A stretch of DNA of 64,000 bases from Felis catus (Eukaryota), in NCBI RefSeq assembly GCF_018350175.1, contig NC_058368.1, positions 138,510,001 through 138,574,000 of the forward strand, in the 5' to 3' direction. Below, piece by piece: positions 63,706 through 64,000 of this stretch. Position 1 is the stretch's first letter, and each line of letters begins with the position of its first letter. The notes beneath the pieces were generated by a model. It was not told the DNA's origin, made no database searches, and saw only the letters and a program-made list of their open reading frames with translations. The translations under genes and the position numbers were made by a program.

Positions 63706-64000
63706 CTGCTCACAGTAACATTTGTGTATATGCCTACACTCTGTGAATTCTTTCTCCCTGAAAAATAATGTAGATTTGACAACTGTGATACACATCAACA
63801 CCACCTCTCCTACCCAGTCCTATACATGCCTACCCTCCACGTACATGCATAGGCTTGCAAGCACTGATCTCCCCTCTGTGGGTGACTATGGGTCATAAGT
63901 AGGACCCGAGGCAATGCCTTGGGACATTATGCCAGGAGACCAGACAGCCCCCACCCACATGGCCTTCTGCTACTCTTCTAAGCCCTAGAGTCAACCAATA

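Overview
Mammalian non-coding DNA, almost certainly from a cat or other felid: about 22 tRNA-derived CAN-SINEs of the SINEC_Fc type and carnivore L1 3' ends are present. I recognise no protein-coding exon or RNA gene; nearly all ORFs in the track come from SINEs, microsatellites or decayed transposons. The window is intronic or intergenic and rich in transposable elements: SINEs (one nested pair), L1 fragments (one 5'-inverted), L2, MIR, MaLR/ERVL/ERV1-type solo LTRs, a near-full-length dead Tigger1, and hAT fossils (Arthur1-like, MER45, MER5, MER33, MER102). Family names are from my recall of consensus sequences, not a database search. The most unusual segment is about 8.9-10.7 kb, where an old Arthur1-like hAT fossil is anomalously CpG-rich, carries a recent 162-bp tandem triplication, and has received a young L1 tail. 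Candidate regulatory spots are a near-perfect RFX X-box with a nearby homeodomain-motif block (about 8.0-8.6 kb) and a microsatellite forming three tandem AP-1 sites beside a full CRE (about 48.2 kb). I found no convincing novel protein-coding system.
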